A stretch of DNA of 63,034 nt, filler included, from Octopus bimaculoides (lineage: Eukaryota), in NCBI RefSeq assembly GCF_001194135.2. It is 5 parts of 5 records of this genome, joined end to end, with 100 filler letters (N's around TTAATTAATTAA, not from the genome) between each part and the next. Parts side by side here need not be neighbours in the genome. Positions count along the whole stretch, not along the records: positions 25,272 to 52,043 come from NC_068986.1; positions 52,144 to 63,034 come from NC_068983.1; 3 more parts are not named here. The stretch is one strand, 5' to 3'. The translations under genes and the position numbers were made by a program. The notes under the pieces are model-generated. The model saw nothing but the letters and a program-made list of their open reading frames with translations. It was not told the DNA's origin and did no database searches. Positions within the stretch are counted from its first letter, which is position 1. Every line of letters begins with the position of its first letter. This document shows, one piece after another, positions 37,838 through 52,785 of this stretch.

Positions 37838-37994
37838 TTCAGTAGATTCCGTTAAACCTTGTGGTGTACGACCAGTTGCTGTGATAATAAAAAAAAAATT
37901 CCTCACAAATGGTTTCAATACAGTTTTAACAGAAAGACTTGGAAGAATTAGATGAAAGTTCTCCGGTGATTATCTTTCATGTAAATAAATGTTT

Positions 37995-38345
37995 GTTTTA
38001 AGTTTCGTTGCTCCCCATGTATCTCAGACAGGTCCGACTTCTGGTTCTTCCGTGTCTGTAGAGCTTATCACAAACAAGGAATATCCACTACCACATTTTA
38101 TAGCACTACCAGGCCAAGGACTTTTGGAAGTTGCTTAAAATCCCCGATCGGAAAATTCCTTTGGAAGAAAGTGCTTTAACATCCTCGCTTACGTGAAGAG
38201 TCGTTCCCAGGTCATCATTGCTCATACCCTCTACCAACCCTCTGTAGAATGAGAAGGTTGGCTTTCCAGTTACCGCATTGTCCATCTGGTAGAATGTATT
38301 TAGCACCAGGCTGAGCGTCCAACCTCGATCTGCATTTAACTCAGG
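37995..38345 (-). mobile_element. L1/Tx1-clade LINE ORF2 C-terminal (zf-RVT-like) fragment
   Basis: NFQKSLAW*CY...LVCDKLYRHG...TCLRY..NET resembles WRxxHxALPVxDxLxRxG...CxRC...ET. Confidence 0.5.
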
Positions 38346-38439
38346 ACAGAAGTTCGATTAATGAGATGAGCTGCCGAAAAAAGCATCACAAGGATGGGTT
38401 GTTTATTGTCACAAGAGCGCCAAATGAAAGACATTACAA

Positions 38440-38600
38440 ATTGCAGAAGTTCGTCTTTACATTCTGAGTTCAAATTCCACCGAGGTTGACTTTACCTTTC
38501 ATCCTTTCGGAGCCGATAAAATAAGTACCTGTTGATATAATCGATTTGCTACCCTTCCCAAAATTGGTGGCTTTGAGCCAAAAATGAAAGCCAATATTAT
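38440..38600 (+). mobile_element. SINE family B
   Basis: cattctgagttcaaattccaccgaggttgactttacctttcatcctttcggagccgataaaataagtacc. Confidence 0.8.
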
Positions 38601-39718
38601 ACAACGTAGTGAGAAGGACGGTTACCTAGAGCTGATCAGGGAAACCCATGGATTCTAGATTACTATGACTACAAAGTATAAGTTTCTTTCCCAGTCTTAG
38701 TCCCTGGCCTGCAGCTGCATGCTCAACCAATACCATTGAGCGACGCATAACTTGTCATTCTCACTCATCTAATTATTCCAAAACAATAAATAAGCCTTTA
38801 CGAGCCAAAGAATGAGACTGCTAGAAATAGTAGCCAAATTTCCCTAAAATCAATTCTTACTTTTAAAAAAATGATAGGAGACATGTTGGTTAATGTGGTC
38901 CTGGATTCCTTGCACTTGAAGAAGGACAAGATGGTCTTTACTCGAATCCCTTTGATTAGAGGTCAACATGATCAAAGCCGAATTGGGGATAAACAGCAAC
39001 AACATCAGCGATAAAACCCTAATGATTTCCAATATAAACACATGATTACAAATTTTGTGGGAAAGAACAGGCGATTCAATTAGCTCCTGTGCTTCATTGG
39101 TATTTATTTTATCGACTCCGAAATGATAGAATGCATAGTAAACATCAACAGGATTTGAACTCAGAATGTTAAGGCTCATGATTGAATATCGCAATTCATT
39201 TTGTTCGTACCCAACGAATTCTGTATTTGAATATCATATCTTCTCATTTCTCATCCCTACGGAGCTATTTTTCCAAATCACAAGCATTCTCCGTGGGCTA
39301 ACGCGTATCTCTGATTTTTCGTTGTGTTAGTTGTATGAGAACAAAATATCTTTCTGGATGGTACACTAGGTCTATCGGAGATAGCTTTTCTCACTGAAGT
39401 AATTGAACTTAAAATTGCAAGACAATGAAGCCCTCATCAATTAATTCTACTGCACTGTCGCTGGTTACAGTAGTGAAGTACACCGCCCATACATTTGCCC
39501 GCTCATAGCTAATTCACTTCAGCACAGACGCATATTAACATCACTGATGAGATACACTGTTTTCCTAATAACTTGACCACCCTTGAGCCAACGAAGAGCG
39601 GAATGACCCGATTGAACGTGGTTGTTTGGATATTGGCAACAGTACTTTTTGGCACTAGAGGCAAACGCACGCGCACACTTCATTCAAGTGCGCTCCGATA
39701 GCTAGATAGAAAGACTGT

Positions 39719-39772
<54 letters not shown>

Positions 39773-39792
39773 NNNNNNNNNNNNNNNNNNNN

Positions 39793-39838
<46 letters not shown>

Positions 39839-39924
39839 GGAGGGCGAGAGAAAGAGAAAGAGAGAGATTATGATTTATTTACTGAAGTTACTGAAACAAA
39901 TTTACATAAACATCAGTGCATGGG

Positions 39925-40085
39925 GACTCGACCAGTACAAGAAATAGCAACCAAGTTTGCTTTTAAATCAAACTCCACCGTCTTAAACAAGGAAAGGACA
40001 CACTGGTCAATACAATTCTAGGTATCATTACAAACTCGGGGTGACAATCGCTGAAATGCTTTTGATGGTAGATTGTTTAGTCATG
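39925..40085. repeat. Dispersed repeat family F (gacctgctagaaatagcagccaaat-type motif)
   Basis: The motif recurs at ~23170, 34955, 38815 and 39930, and inverted at ~46695 and 57715. Confidence 0.5.
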
Positions 40086-40545
40086 GTTGACTTTGGTTAA
40101 AAAAAGTTTTAGATATCTCTTGACCAGGTGCGCTCTCAATTCTCCTGCCACAGTCAACGCTTTTTAATTTGAGTTCTTGGGCCTAAATATAAGCGATCAA
40201 AATATCTATTGGTGAGGAAATTGATGTAGTTGACGGAGAGCCAGTTTTGATATTGAACCTCTACCCCGACAGAAATGATAGCTTTTGAAAACCGAAAGCG
40301 TCACTTCATTTTTGATAAATTACATATTATATTGGATGAAATGAAATTTTAATATATATTTTGTTGCGTGTATGTATGTATGTATGTATGTATGTATGTA
40401 TGTATGTATGTATGTATGTTTGTATGTATATACGTATATACACACTCATATATGTATACATATATGTATACACAGACATATATTTACATATATGCATAAA
40501 CATATGTATATATATATATGTATATATATACACATATATCACACG

Positions 40546-40576
<31 letters not shown>

Positions 40577-40655
40577 GCATACACACACATATATATATAT
40601 ATATATATGCATACACACACACACATTCTCTCTCTCTCTCTCTCACACACACACA

Positions 40656-40691
<36 letters not shown>

Positions 40692-41452
40692 CATAGAGGG
40701 AGGAATTACAACAATAATTGAAAATTATACCTTTCTATTGAATAGTATGTCTTCGAGTATTCACTGAGTAAAAGCAGCAGAAAATTGTTTAGCTGTTGCG
40801 AACGTCTACGTATATAAAACCAGAAAAGTATAGTAGTATATTCTTAATTATTTGTTGTAATTTCCCAAATAAATTATTATTAAATTTTAATTTTATACCA
40901 ATAAAGTGCATATAATTTAACTATAACGCGATGCTTTTCACTTGACTCAAAAAAGCTTTCAATTTTACAAAGGCTTTCTCAGTTACCAGAGTTCAAAATT
41001 TCCTGTGCCCACCGTCCTAGTTTATCTACTTTGGGATATCGGGTTAGGATTGCGCAGGTTTTTTTTACCATGCACCCTACCGCTAGGAAAACCTGATCAA
41101 AATCATAAGGATCATCCTTAAGGATAAGTGTTGAAACTCCAGTTTCTGTAGCGAAAGAGAACAAGGAACAGAAACACACAAAGAACAAGAGAAAGAGAGG
41201 GGGAGAGGGGGAGTGGAAGATGAAAAACTATACCTCCATTCCAGAGAAGGTTGTAGATTTTCCTCACCAGAGGATTTTAACTCAGCCTCCAAAGCTGATG
41301 AAACTCGGTAATTTGTCGAAGCTTACAGCGGGGAATTACACACACACATAACATACACTCACATTTACATGTGTGTATATCTATCTAGCTATCTACACAC
41401 ACATACACACACATACACACACACACATATATATATATACATATATGCATAT

Positions 41453-41483
<31 letters not shown>

Positions 41484-41488
41484 AATAA

Positions 41489-41534
<46 letters not shown>

Positions 41535-41544
41535 NNNNNNNNNN

Positions 41545-41620
<76 letters not shown>

Positions 41621-42194
41621 ACATGTCGTAATAAAATATTGCTGTTGGACACTCAAGACATGACCGAATAAACAATGTAACGTCTGCAAAACTATACGAA
41701 TCGGCGGCGTAAGTGGAATTGAATTGGCTTCAACCGAGAATTGAAATCGCGTCGCAGACAAAGCTTACATCTGTTTATTTATTTGTATATTTATTTATTT
41801 ATTTTATTTTTAATCTACGGCGCTAGTAACAAGTAGAATGACACATCTCATTGAGCTGTTGCCGCCTGCACCGGTAATACGTCGCATAGCAACGAGTAGA
41901 GAAGCGGAAAACAGAAGGCTGGTAAATAGAACCGACTCTTGTAGAAGAGTTAGTCTGGTTGGTTGCTGCTAAAGAATGGGATAGCTCAATACACTGCATC
42001 TTAGTCTCTGGGGAGATTCTCTCTGACAATCTCTTCTCTTCCTCCTTCCTTCTTTCTCTCACTCTGCTGAGATTTTACTGCTATGTAATTTATTCATAAG
42101 CTGTCTCTCTTCTGGGCTGCTGTAACTGCTACCTTTACTGCCGCTGCTGCTATTACTACCACTGCTACAACCGCCGCCGCCGCCGCCGCCACCA

Positions 42195-42275
<81 letters not shown>

Positions 42276-42881
42276 TGCAGTTGCCGCTGTTCCTGCTACG
42301 ACTGCTGCTGCTACTTCTGCAGTACTACCAAAATGTCAATCACTAGTTATGGTGATTATGAAAATCAATAACCACGTTACAAGTGAAAAAAAACCAAAAC
42401 AAAAAACAACAAAAACAAAACAAAAAACAAACAAGCAATAAGACTACTGTTGATAAACATGGCTATTTCTATTACAACTATTAATCGTTATCAACACCTT
42501 TTAACAGTTATTGTTAGATGTATTTTCGTGTCATAACATAACATTATTGCTAATGACGTTACTGGGAAACATCCAAAGTACAACATTCGTATTCTCATTT
42601 GCATTCTTTATATTTCAGAATTAATTATCTTTTCTGATTATTTACTTCTTATCCCTTAATATTTCCTTATCTAAAAATGATCGAAGGATTTTCGTTTCCC
42701 ATGTGGTTAAAAACCTAATTTAGAAGAAAAGAATAATAAAAATAAAAATAAAGGAAAAAAGTAGATTTTTTTAGGGTGGTGGGGTGGGGTCTCATGTGAA
42801 ATACCGATTTCTGATTGTAAATAATTTCTTTTCAGATCAATCACAATTCCCAATAAATTTTTTTTATATATAATTTTTCTT

Positions 42882-42935
<54 letters not shown>

Positions 42936-43629
42936 ACAGAACCTACCCGAAATAGACACCAATATCTAAGCGCTATCTAAGCTTATTAAAATTACTTATG
43001 AAGGAAAACCAAACCAACCAATGCCAATGTAAGAGATTCCCACAAACTATGAATCTACAGGCACTTTCTACTTTACAAGAATGAAGGACAACTCAGAATA
43101 AAGAGATTCAGATATAAGAAATTCACAATCAAGCATAACAAATGTGTATTTCCATCATCAGTTGTCAAACAGATATCACTATCGTTTCGACACCTAGGCA
43201 GTACCATTCAAACTGGCAGTGTCAACAGTGTTAAAAATATAAACGTTGCTTGGGAATCCACCAGTTTAGTATTTTATTACTACAAGTAACTGCATCAAAG
43301 TATATATATATATGTGTGTGTGTGTATATATATATATATATNNNNNNNNNNNNNNNNNNNNNNNNNNNNNNNNNNNNNNNNNNNNNNNNNNNNNNNNNNN
43401 NNNNNNNNNNNNNNNNNNNNNNNNNNNNNNNNNNNNNNNNNNNNNNNNNNNNNNNNNNNNNNNNNNNNNNNNNNTATGCTATGTAGGCAGTGCTTGAAGA
43501 TTGCACTGAGACACCAGACATGTTAAAAAATACTGCCTGACATGCTTTCATCGCATGAGACTAATAGTAGCATATGAAACCATATTTTGTGTTTATTAAA
43601 TAATACACACACATACATACATGTTATGT

Positions 43630-44010
43630 CTCTTTTACTCTCCGTCTACTAAATCCACTCACAAGGCTTTGGTCGGCTCGGTGCTATAAGAAAAGATACT
43701 TGCTCAAGGTGACACGTAAAACCGCACATTCATGCTTGCGCCTATTGACAGAAACTGAAAGAAGCCTGTCATATGCATATATGTTTATATCTACGTGCGT
43801 GTGCGTTTTTGTGTTTGTGTTTATCCCCCCTCACTTCTTGATAACTGGTTTGTTTACATCTCCGTACATGAGTGGTTCAGCAAAAGAGACCGATATATTA
43901 AGAAACAGGCTTAAAAAGTAAGTACTATGGTTGATTCGTTCGACTAAAATACTCCTTCAAGGCGTTGCTCCTGCATGGTCACAGTCCAATGAGTGAAACT
44001 AGTAAAAGAT
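43630..44010. mobile_element. SINE family A with inverted 5' segment
   Basis: 43641-43716 is the antisense core; 43745-44010 is the sense body and tail. Confidence 0.75.
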
Positions 44011-45835
44011 AATATTTGATCTTGAAACTGAAAGTGTGGGGATAGAGACACAAAAGGTAAAAACCACGAAGTAGATTACTAGAAAATGTAAATTTTTCTC
44101 TGTTCATTTCTTGAAAATAATAATAAAATAATAATAATAAATACGTTTTTTTTAAACCTGAAGTTTAGTTTAGAATGCTATATTCCTTTTCATGCTTTTG
44201 ATTTCTCATTAACGAATTTATCTGACCGTGTAATGAAGTCATTGATTATATAAATAAACTAAAATTTGCAGATATATCTTATCAAATTGAAATTTAGAGA
44301 AGCTCTAAATTTCTCGTGTTTAAAAAGCATATAGATGAATAATCATACCGAGATCATGTAAATCAGTCCACTACACTCACCCTGTCATAATACCGCTACG
44401 TATATATCTATCGAGTATCCAACAGAGCATTTGAGATGGAAGCAAGATGTAGATTCAAGTATCAGCTTAACGAATATTTGATTCTAAAGATACAGTCTTT
44501 TGAAATTTCTTGCACACTTATTTGATGTAAGATCTTGGAGCTCAAATATTTTTATGGTTTTTAACGAGTGCGTAATTTTGCCCCACTTTATCACCAACAA
44601 AGACTCGTGGTTAGACTCGAGAGCTTTAAGGATTTTGAAAAAGAAAAAAAAAAATAAACAGAGAAGGCAATATAGCCAAAAGATGCTTTGAGGAGAAGCA
44701 GAAAGACGAATTAGATTTGTTCCAGAAGTAATCTGTACTGTTCTCCATACTATGTCGTTCTAGAGGTTCATGGTTTGTCATTCTGACTAATGCATGTTAT
44801 TGTATAAATATATGTAAAAAAAAAAAAGGTGAAAACCTAAAGTGCTTCTGACTGGAATGTGGATTTGGAATCGAAATGAACATATATTGGAAATTCGCAG
44901 ATTAAGAACCATATAATTAGGTTGACATGCAATGCAACAGCAATCAGATTCTTTGCGTGGAATAGTTATTGCAGACCGTGAAGAACACGTCAACTTCAAG
45001 AGTAATTCGTGAATTGTTTAATCGATATTTGAACGCATTGAATTAATGTAAGCTTTCATAAGTACATTTTAGGTTTTCCCCATCATCCACCATGCATTCT
45101 AAAATGTAAATAGACAAATTGAGTAAAATGTTTGAGCTATACGGTTTATGTTTTCTATGAGACAATATTATAATTTCTCAACTGCTTCCAAATGATTTTG
45201 GCTCAGTTTTGATAAAATAACTTTATATTTCCGGACAATTTAGGCTGGATTATTTAAAATATCAAACCATAACTGGATATTGTTAATGACACTGCTGTGT
45301 CAATGAACGGCTCAGTTAAAATAGGAAAGTCTCTATATGATCACTTGACCTCCGAGCATCTGGCATTTGGAATCTCAAGACACTCTATTCTGTTAGTCTG
45401 CCTATTTACATTTTAAGGTGCCCAGAGGATGATAGAAGGAAGTCAAAAAAGAAAAAATAATGTTCTCATGCAGGCCTATACAATATTAGACTCATAGAAT
45501 ACACGCACATGTACTCTGTGTGTGTATCTATGTGTGGGATTAATTGTTTGCACTGTAATATTTTGTTTTCGTAAATACAATATATCTATTTTCTCATTGA
45601 TGCTTATTTTTCTCACAAGTCGGACATGTTATTTTCATGTTCTTGGTCAGCACAAACAATAGGTAGATATTTTTTGAAAATTTTTTTGCTTTCTGCAATC
45701 CAGAATAATACTTTTTGAATTAGTGCTTCAAGAAATGAGCAACCTTCATTCATGATCAGATGAGAGCATAACACTACTGATGGGTTACATATAGAAACGC
45801 AATATACATATGATATTTATACAAATGAGTGTATT

Positions 45836-45882
<47 letters not shown>

Positions 45883-47356
45883 GTTTTGACCACCCCAAGG
45901 TGACTAATTACACATGTCTATAGACATGTATGTTAACAGAGATCTAGCCATATAATGATATGTAATGTATATTATATAACAAAACATAATGCGTGAATAA
46001 CCACCAAGAGTTGTTGAAACAATTGTGAACCATGAAATAAAAATATCATTATCTCCAATCTTCATTTTTCATATTCTATTTTTATACAAAACATCGATTT
46101 CCACGGGGGTGGAGAGAATTCTTCTTTTGTAATTTTCAGGTAGTCGCCTTCTGTGTGAGTACTTCCCGAGTTAAACATCTGGATTATGTTATCCCTACCA
46201 ACCAACTATATGTATGTGTGTGTATACACACTCACACACACGAGATTGTGCACTCATTTATTCTTGTTGTAGTTATTTGTTATTGTTGCTGCCGTATAGG
46301 GGGACTTGTTATTTATAAGGTGTTGGTGGTGTAATCTCAATCATTTCTAAAAGAAAATAGTCCTTTAAACAAATATTCAATCCTCAATCTACCTGTCGCT
46401 GTCTCGTATTTATCCAATTTATTCCGTTTAAAACTTGAAACTTTCACAGTTTCTTGTCCAATCCTACCCCTTAGCTACCCATTGTTCTTTTTCTTCCGAT
46501 CGAACCATTTCATTAAAATGAGAAATTGTGATTATAATCGTTGCTTAATAACATTTCGAGTCTGATCGAGTATGACATGTCATCAAAAGACTTCTAGCCG
46601 TGACCGATCTCTAATTTTACTATTTATAGAGGACCCAGAACAACTTTATCGAATGTCTTTGTCACTAAAAAAAATAAAATAAAAGTGGGGTTCTTGAAGA
46701 TTTGCTGCTACTACGAACAAGCCTAGCGTGTTGCCACATGTTTAAAAGCCCCCTCGTTAGCTTTGCTGGCAGTGACGATCTTCATTGAGAAAGTTGAGAT
46801 ACGGAAATGGAAAAGTGGAGAGAGAGCATCGGTCTAAGTAAGTCATGCGCAAACTGCAGGCAGCAGTTTTCTTTCTGGGTGGAAAGTCTTACAAAAAATT
46901 ACCTTTGAATTATTTTAGTGCTACGGCTCGCCTGGTGATGAACCGAGTCTTATGCGGCTTGTCTCGAAAACAGTTGCCCATGTTTGGTCTAAGTTAATGC
47001 TTTATTGTGCTTCATGTTGACTGTTCGTGTTCTAAGCGCAAATACCACCATATTGTCAGCCCTCCAGTAATTGTATTGCACTTGATTTTACAACATGATC
47101 CTTCTTTATATGTTCGTGCCAATGTAAACAAAACAAAAAGAAAAAATGACATTAATGATGAAGAAACAATTATTGGTTACCTACCATCGAATTTATGTAT
47201 GTATGTATATATGTTTGTATATATTTACGCACTTGAATTTATAAACAAAAAAGAGATGTGTAAAAAAAATCAATACTTGCAGTAGAGTTTATCGTTTATC
47301 TAAAACTGACGCTTCACTCCGTTGCTTTTTCGAGTTTCCTGATTTACGGCACAGCG

Positions 47357-47429
<73 letters not shown>

Positions 47430-47509
47430 TCGAGAGTTCTACCGAAAGTAATGCAAAAGAGGACAACTTTTTATTAACTTAACGCAGGTCGTTCAAATTT
47501 CACATATTG

Positions 47510-48480
47510 TGATGAAGACTACTCAGCATAATCTTCATCACAAGCGATGCATTTGCGTAAAAAGAAATTTCGGTTTTGTACTGTGATATGCCCTTCTTCA
47601 TAACCAACTTCACATCGTTTGTATCATCAAGTCATTGTTCTTGGAGACTGTCAGCACCAGATCCGAGTTATACGATGAATTGGGGTAGGGGTGTCATCGG
47701 GCGATCTAATTTGACGATTATCTGCTTTATTGCCAAACGATGTGTGTCATGTTTTGTCATGGTGTAATGTATATCGTTTTCACAGTCTTGTTCGATATTT
47801 TCTCTCTAAAGACTTCTCTCCGTTTTTTTTAATGTCTCAATGTACCGCTTCGCTATTCACAGTACAGTCATCTTTCAAAACACCAAGGAGATTAACAGCT
47901 TTGTAATTCCCCAAATCAGTCACCATGGTTTTCTATGGCTCTTGAACATTTTAACCCATTTAGATGTGACGCCATTTCTTGGACTGAGCCTTCGTTTCCG
48001 GATCATGAAGATACGACCAAGTTTGATCCCCTACTACCGGATCGAAAAAAAATGTGTTTTCATTGGCTTCAAACACTTCCAATAAACCAGTGCAGGCTCC
48101 CATGCTTCTTCTTCAAATCGCATGTCAACTACAGAGGTTCCCACTTTGTACATACTTTCCAATACCTAAAATCTTCCACCCGATTCTGTAATGCATTGTG
48201 ACCACAGTCCTAGTTGTGCAACAAGCCCTCGGATTATGATTGGCCTGTCTACGAGAATCAATTCGTCCACTAGCAGACGATTCGTGTCAGTGGTTACAGT
48301 TTTATGGCCTTCTAATGCTGGTTTCCCCTTCTTTAACTTCTTTATTCATCCGTGCACATTCTCTTGTCAATGGTATCATCTCCATAAATAAGCTGCAGCC
48401 TTCTGTGGATGCTAGATGACCTGCATCTCCTTTTCGTCAAGAACTCAATGATGGCATGTTGCTTCCTCAAAGAAGAACAA
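47510..48480 (-). mobile_element. Second mariner-family transposase, heavily decayed
   Basis: KQHAIIEFLTK...IHRRLQLIYGDDTID, KVCTKWEP (cf. KVCARWVP), GDQTW...DPETKAQSKKW. Many frameshifts; the third catalytic residue is not resolvable. Confidence 0.8.
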
Positions 48481-48663
48481 GAAGAGAAGTAGCTATAGAG
48501 AAATTGTTACTCACGTGCATTTCGAACGATATATGTTAGTTAATAAACAAATTTTGAACCACTTTTACGTTACTCTCGGTATAATTCTCTAATGTATGTG
48601 TATATATACATACGTACGTGCACGCATACACACACATATATGTATGTGTGCATGTATATATAT

Positions 48664-48760
<97 letters not shown>

Positions 48761-48894
48761 CATATATCATATATATATATATATATACATACATATACAT
48801 ACATACATATATATTATATATATATATACATACATACATGCGTACATATATACACATATGCATACATGCATATATACATATATGCATACATACA

Positions 48895-48929
<35 letters not shown>

Positions 48930-48984
48930 GTATGTATATATATACACACACATATACACATATGTATATACATATAAATACTTA

Positions 48985-50930
48985 TCTTGGCTTCGCTTCG
49001 CTGACGAAGATTAGGAAGGTTGTTGTCCACGTCGTCTGCACGCTGGTTCGTGGTTGATAAGGCCAATGTGGTATCGACATATCGGATTGTAGTGATGACA
49101 GGGGTATGGTTGTCCAGGGTCTGATGATGCAGCTGCATTGTTCTTCGCCTCTGACGTTTGTCTTCGAGAGATGCACTGCGAGAGATCTCAAAGGAGGAAA
49201 TAACATCGCTGACGGTATGGCGCAAAGCGATGCAGTCAGCTGTTAGAGTGGACCACTCACGATAATCAATGTCACAAACACTAAGGGACTGCCTAGCAGT
49301 CCTTGTAACGCTCTCTTGTTGCCCCCCCCCCACCAGTTGCAGTGGCCGGTAGTAAACTCACGGTACATGATGATCTGGGGTAGGCAGTGGTCTTTGATCC
49401 TGTCAACGTGACCTGCCCAACGCAGTCGTGTCTTAAGTAAAATGGTTTCCAGGCTGGTGACCTCTGCTCGCTCGAGGACTGCAGTGTTGGTGATGTAGTC
49501 GCTCCAGTAAATGTTGAGGAGGCAGCGTTGGTGAAAATGTTCAAGGAGTATGAGATGATAGCAGTGGGATCAAAGCAGGGTGTGATACGCTGCTCTTTCT
49601 GTGTGTGCGACAAGTGTGGCATCATCTGCGACGAGAAGGTCCTGGATCAGTTCCTCTTGAGTCTTGTGTGCCTGTTGGCGCCCGAGGTTGAAAAGACAGC
49701 CCTCCAGACGGTACCTGATGTAAACGCCGTCTTCAGCATTGAGGTCTGCACTGGCCTTCTTGAGCATCATGCTGAAGAAGATGCTGAAGAGAGTTGGTAT
49801 CAGGACATGGCCTTGCTTCACGCTGTTGTTGATGGAGAATGGCTCTGATATGTCGCTGTTCAGGCGGAATTGTCCTTGTTGGTTTTCTTGAAGCTGGATG
49901 ATCATGGTAAGGAACCTTAGGAGGATTTTCCACGGACCTTTTCTGATAACAGTGTCGAACGCTTTTGTCAGATCGTCAAATATTGCATAAAATGCTTTGT
50001 TTTTGTTCCCGGCACTTTTCTCTGTTATGCCCATGTTGGCTCTGAAACGACATTGGCTTTCTGGGGGATGATTTTTTGGCGATGGACAGAACAAATCTTT
50101 TGAGGAGTAATCTTTCTAGAACTTTTCCTGCAGTGGAAAGCAGGGTGATCCCCCGGTAGTTTGAGCAGTCTGACATTTCCCCTTTGTTTTTGTACAGTGT
50201 AATGATGACAGCATCGCAGGGATCTCGTGGCAGCTTGCTCTGTTCCCAGCATGCAACGAGGAGCTCGTGGAGTTTAGTATGTAGTACACAACCCCCATGC
50301 TTCCATATCTATGGTGGTATGCCATCGACTCCTGCTGCATTTCTACTCTCCAGCCGGTCTATGGCAACTCTGGTCTCCTCTAGGGCTGGAGGCTCATCTA
50401 GTTCCATTCTGACTGGCTGCTGCTGGATGTGGAGGATTGCGTTTACCTGAATAACTCGGTTTACACTGAAATGGGCCTGAAAGTATTCAGACCAGAGGTT
50501 GAGGATGGATGCTATGTCTGTGAGAAGCAACTGGCCGTCTGAGCTGCGCAGGAAACTCCGGACTTGATGTCTTGGGCCGTAAACTACCTTGAGAACTTCG
50601 TAGAACCCTACGTAGTCGCCAGTATCAGTGCACAGCTGGGTTCTCTGTGCGAGGTTAGTCTACCACTCATTCTGAACTTCACGGAGTTTGCGCTGCAAAA
50701 AGCTGCAGGCTTGGCGAAAGACCGCTTTCTTCTCTGGGCAGGACGGTTGTGTCAGGTGTGCTTGGTGGGCAGACCTCTTTTTTAGTAAGTCAGTACATCG
50801 TTTTTGTCAAACCAATCCTTGTTCTTTTTCTTCGTAAACCCAAGGATTTCTGCATAGGTCTGTAGGATGTTGGTTTTCAGTTGTTCCCATAGGATTTCTG
50901 GAGAGGGATCTGAGGGGCAATTGAATTGAT
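48985..50930 (-). mobile_element. RTE-clade (BovB-like) LINE, 5'-truncated with an internal deletion
   Basis: AAGVDGIPP, DCSNYRGITLLSTAGKVL, FDDLTKAFDTV, VKQGHVLIPTLFSIFFS, LVADDATLVAH, RLRWAGHV, a C-terminal IGLINH knuckle, and a 3' end cttcgtcagcgaagcgaagccaaga abutting a microsatellite. Confidence 0.92.
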
Positions 50931-52143
50931 CATTTAAAATCGTGTGATTGATCCTCGTTCACGTCATATTTTTTATATACATGGTAATCTTCATTCAAAC
51001 CTATGCTGTAAGCTTTGTTTAATTGATAAATTATTTACGTTATTTCAACAGATTAACCCTCTACATGTCCCTTGTATTACATGTGATGCACAGGACATGT
51101 TTCTCTGACATCCACGAATCATATATGATACACGTTCCCAATTTTCAACAAGTAGAGTAACTTGGGACTTTCGAAAGAAAAGCTTTATGTTACTCAGAAC
51201 GTATAAAATAAGGGCTAACAAATGTCTGTGAAGCAAGCATGGACATTAAAGTCAAACTTAAGAAACGTTTTAGGGCAGGCAATGGGTTAAATGATCGACC
51301 AGAATTACTTGTTTACAACATTCCTCAAAATACTTAGTTTCGAATTCTTTATCTCCAAATAGCTGGGTAGAGCTGCCATAGCCACAAAACCTAGAATGTC
51401 TTTTTATTTCTTCTTTAAAAAATATCTAAATACCATATATTAAAGACACTTGTTTCAATTTCTCTGTTATTAGATTTTTAAACACCATTTATTACAGTCA
51501 TTTAAAAATATATATCTATATCTCATAGCTAACCACCTACACTTTTTTCTGCAAAATAGGGGTAGTTTATCCTGTTCAGGCTATATTATTAGCATTATCC
51601 TGCAATTGAGAATTTAAAATCACTTCTTTTACTTTCTAAGACATCTCAACACTTCTAAGAGCAAACTTCGTTTGTTTGTTTACGTTTGTCGTAATTTGAA
51701 TTTAACATATCTATATCTATATTTTCGTTTATATATATATATATATATGTATTTGTGCCGATCTGTGTGTGTGTGTGTGTGTGTACGTCATAAGAATTAT
51801 AGATTTTTGAGAGAACATGAAATAATTCTTTTTTGGAACAGCAGGTCTCGAAGCAGATAATGAAGTTATAAATAATAACATGTAAAGCCTGAGTTGAAAA
51901 CTCCTTTTAGATAGAAAAAGTCGAAGGCGGCCAATGGTATTCGAACCCACATCTCCTGTAGACATAAGGTGCGGATTTGATATTTTCTATCCCAAAAAGA
52001 TTTTCAACTCAGTATTTACTTGCTGTTATATTATGCATATATANNNNNNNNNNNNNNNNNNNNNNNNNNNNNNNNNNNNNNNNNNNNTTAATTAATTAAN
52101 NNNNNNNNNNNNNNNNNNNNNNNNNNNNNNNNNNNNNNNNNNN

Positions 52144-52182
<39 letters not shown>

Positions 52183-52729
52183 CACATTCTCATTTTTATA
52201 TATATAGATATAAAATATAATAAATGCAAAAACTAATTTCTGTGTGTCAGTGTGTCACACTTAAACCCCTCTCTCACTATTCAATGACACTCATACTATT
52301 CCTCATGACGGGGTGAGAATAATAGTAGGCATAGAGACAGTGAGGGCGGTGGCGAAGACAGACAGAGAGGGAGAGAAGAAAAAGAGGAGAAAAAGAGAGA
52401 CAAAGAAATTTAGGGAGAGTTGATGATGTTTTATTAAAAGTAGTAGTGTTGATGGTGGCAGTGGGAGTCATAAACGAGAGACAAAGGAGACGATGTACAA
52501 CTTTGACAGAAATTCCTGTCGCCAACATACTGAACACTATCATTTTTGTTTTATCTTTTGCTTTCTTTAATACATATATATATACATACACACACACAAA
52601 TATAAAATTCACTTTAACTGAAATAAAGTTTCCCCAAAATTAAACATATCTAATATAATAAATGTGACTGTCAATGTGTCACACTTTTTCAGCTTTAATA
52701 AATCCTTTCACTGGAAGCANNNNNNNNNN

Positions 52730-52785
<56 letters not shown>

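Noticed and set aside
46930-47030. Box C/D snoRNA (GTGATGA at ~46935)
   Set aside because: No D box (CTGA) or terminal stem at a suitable distance.
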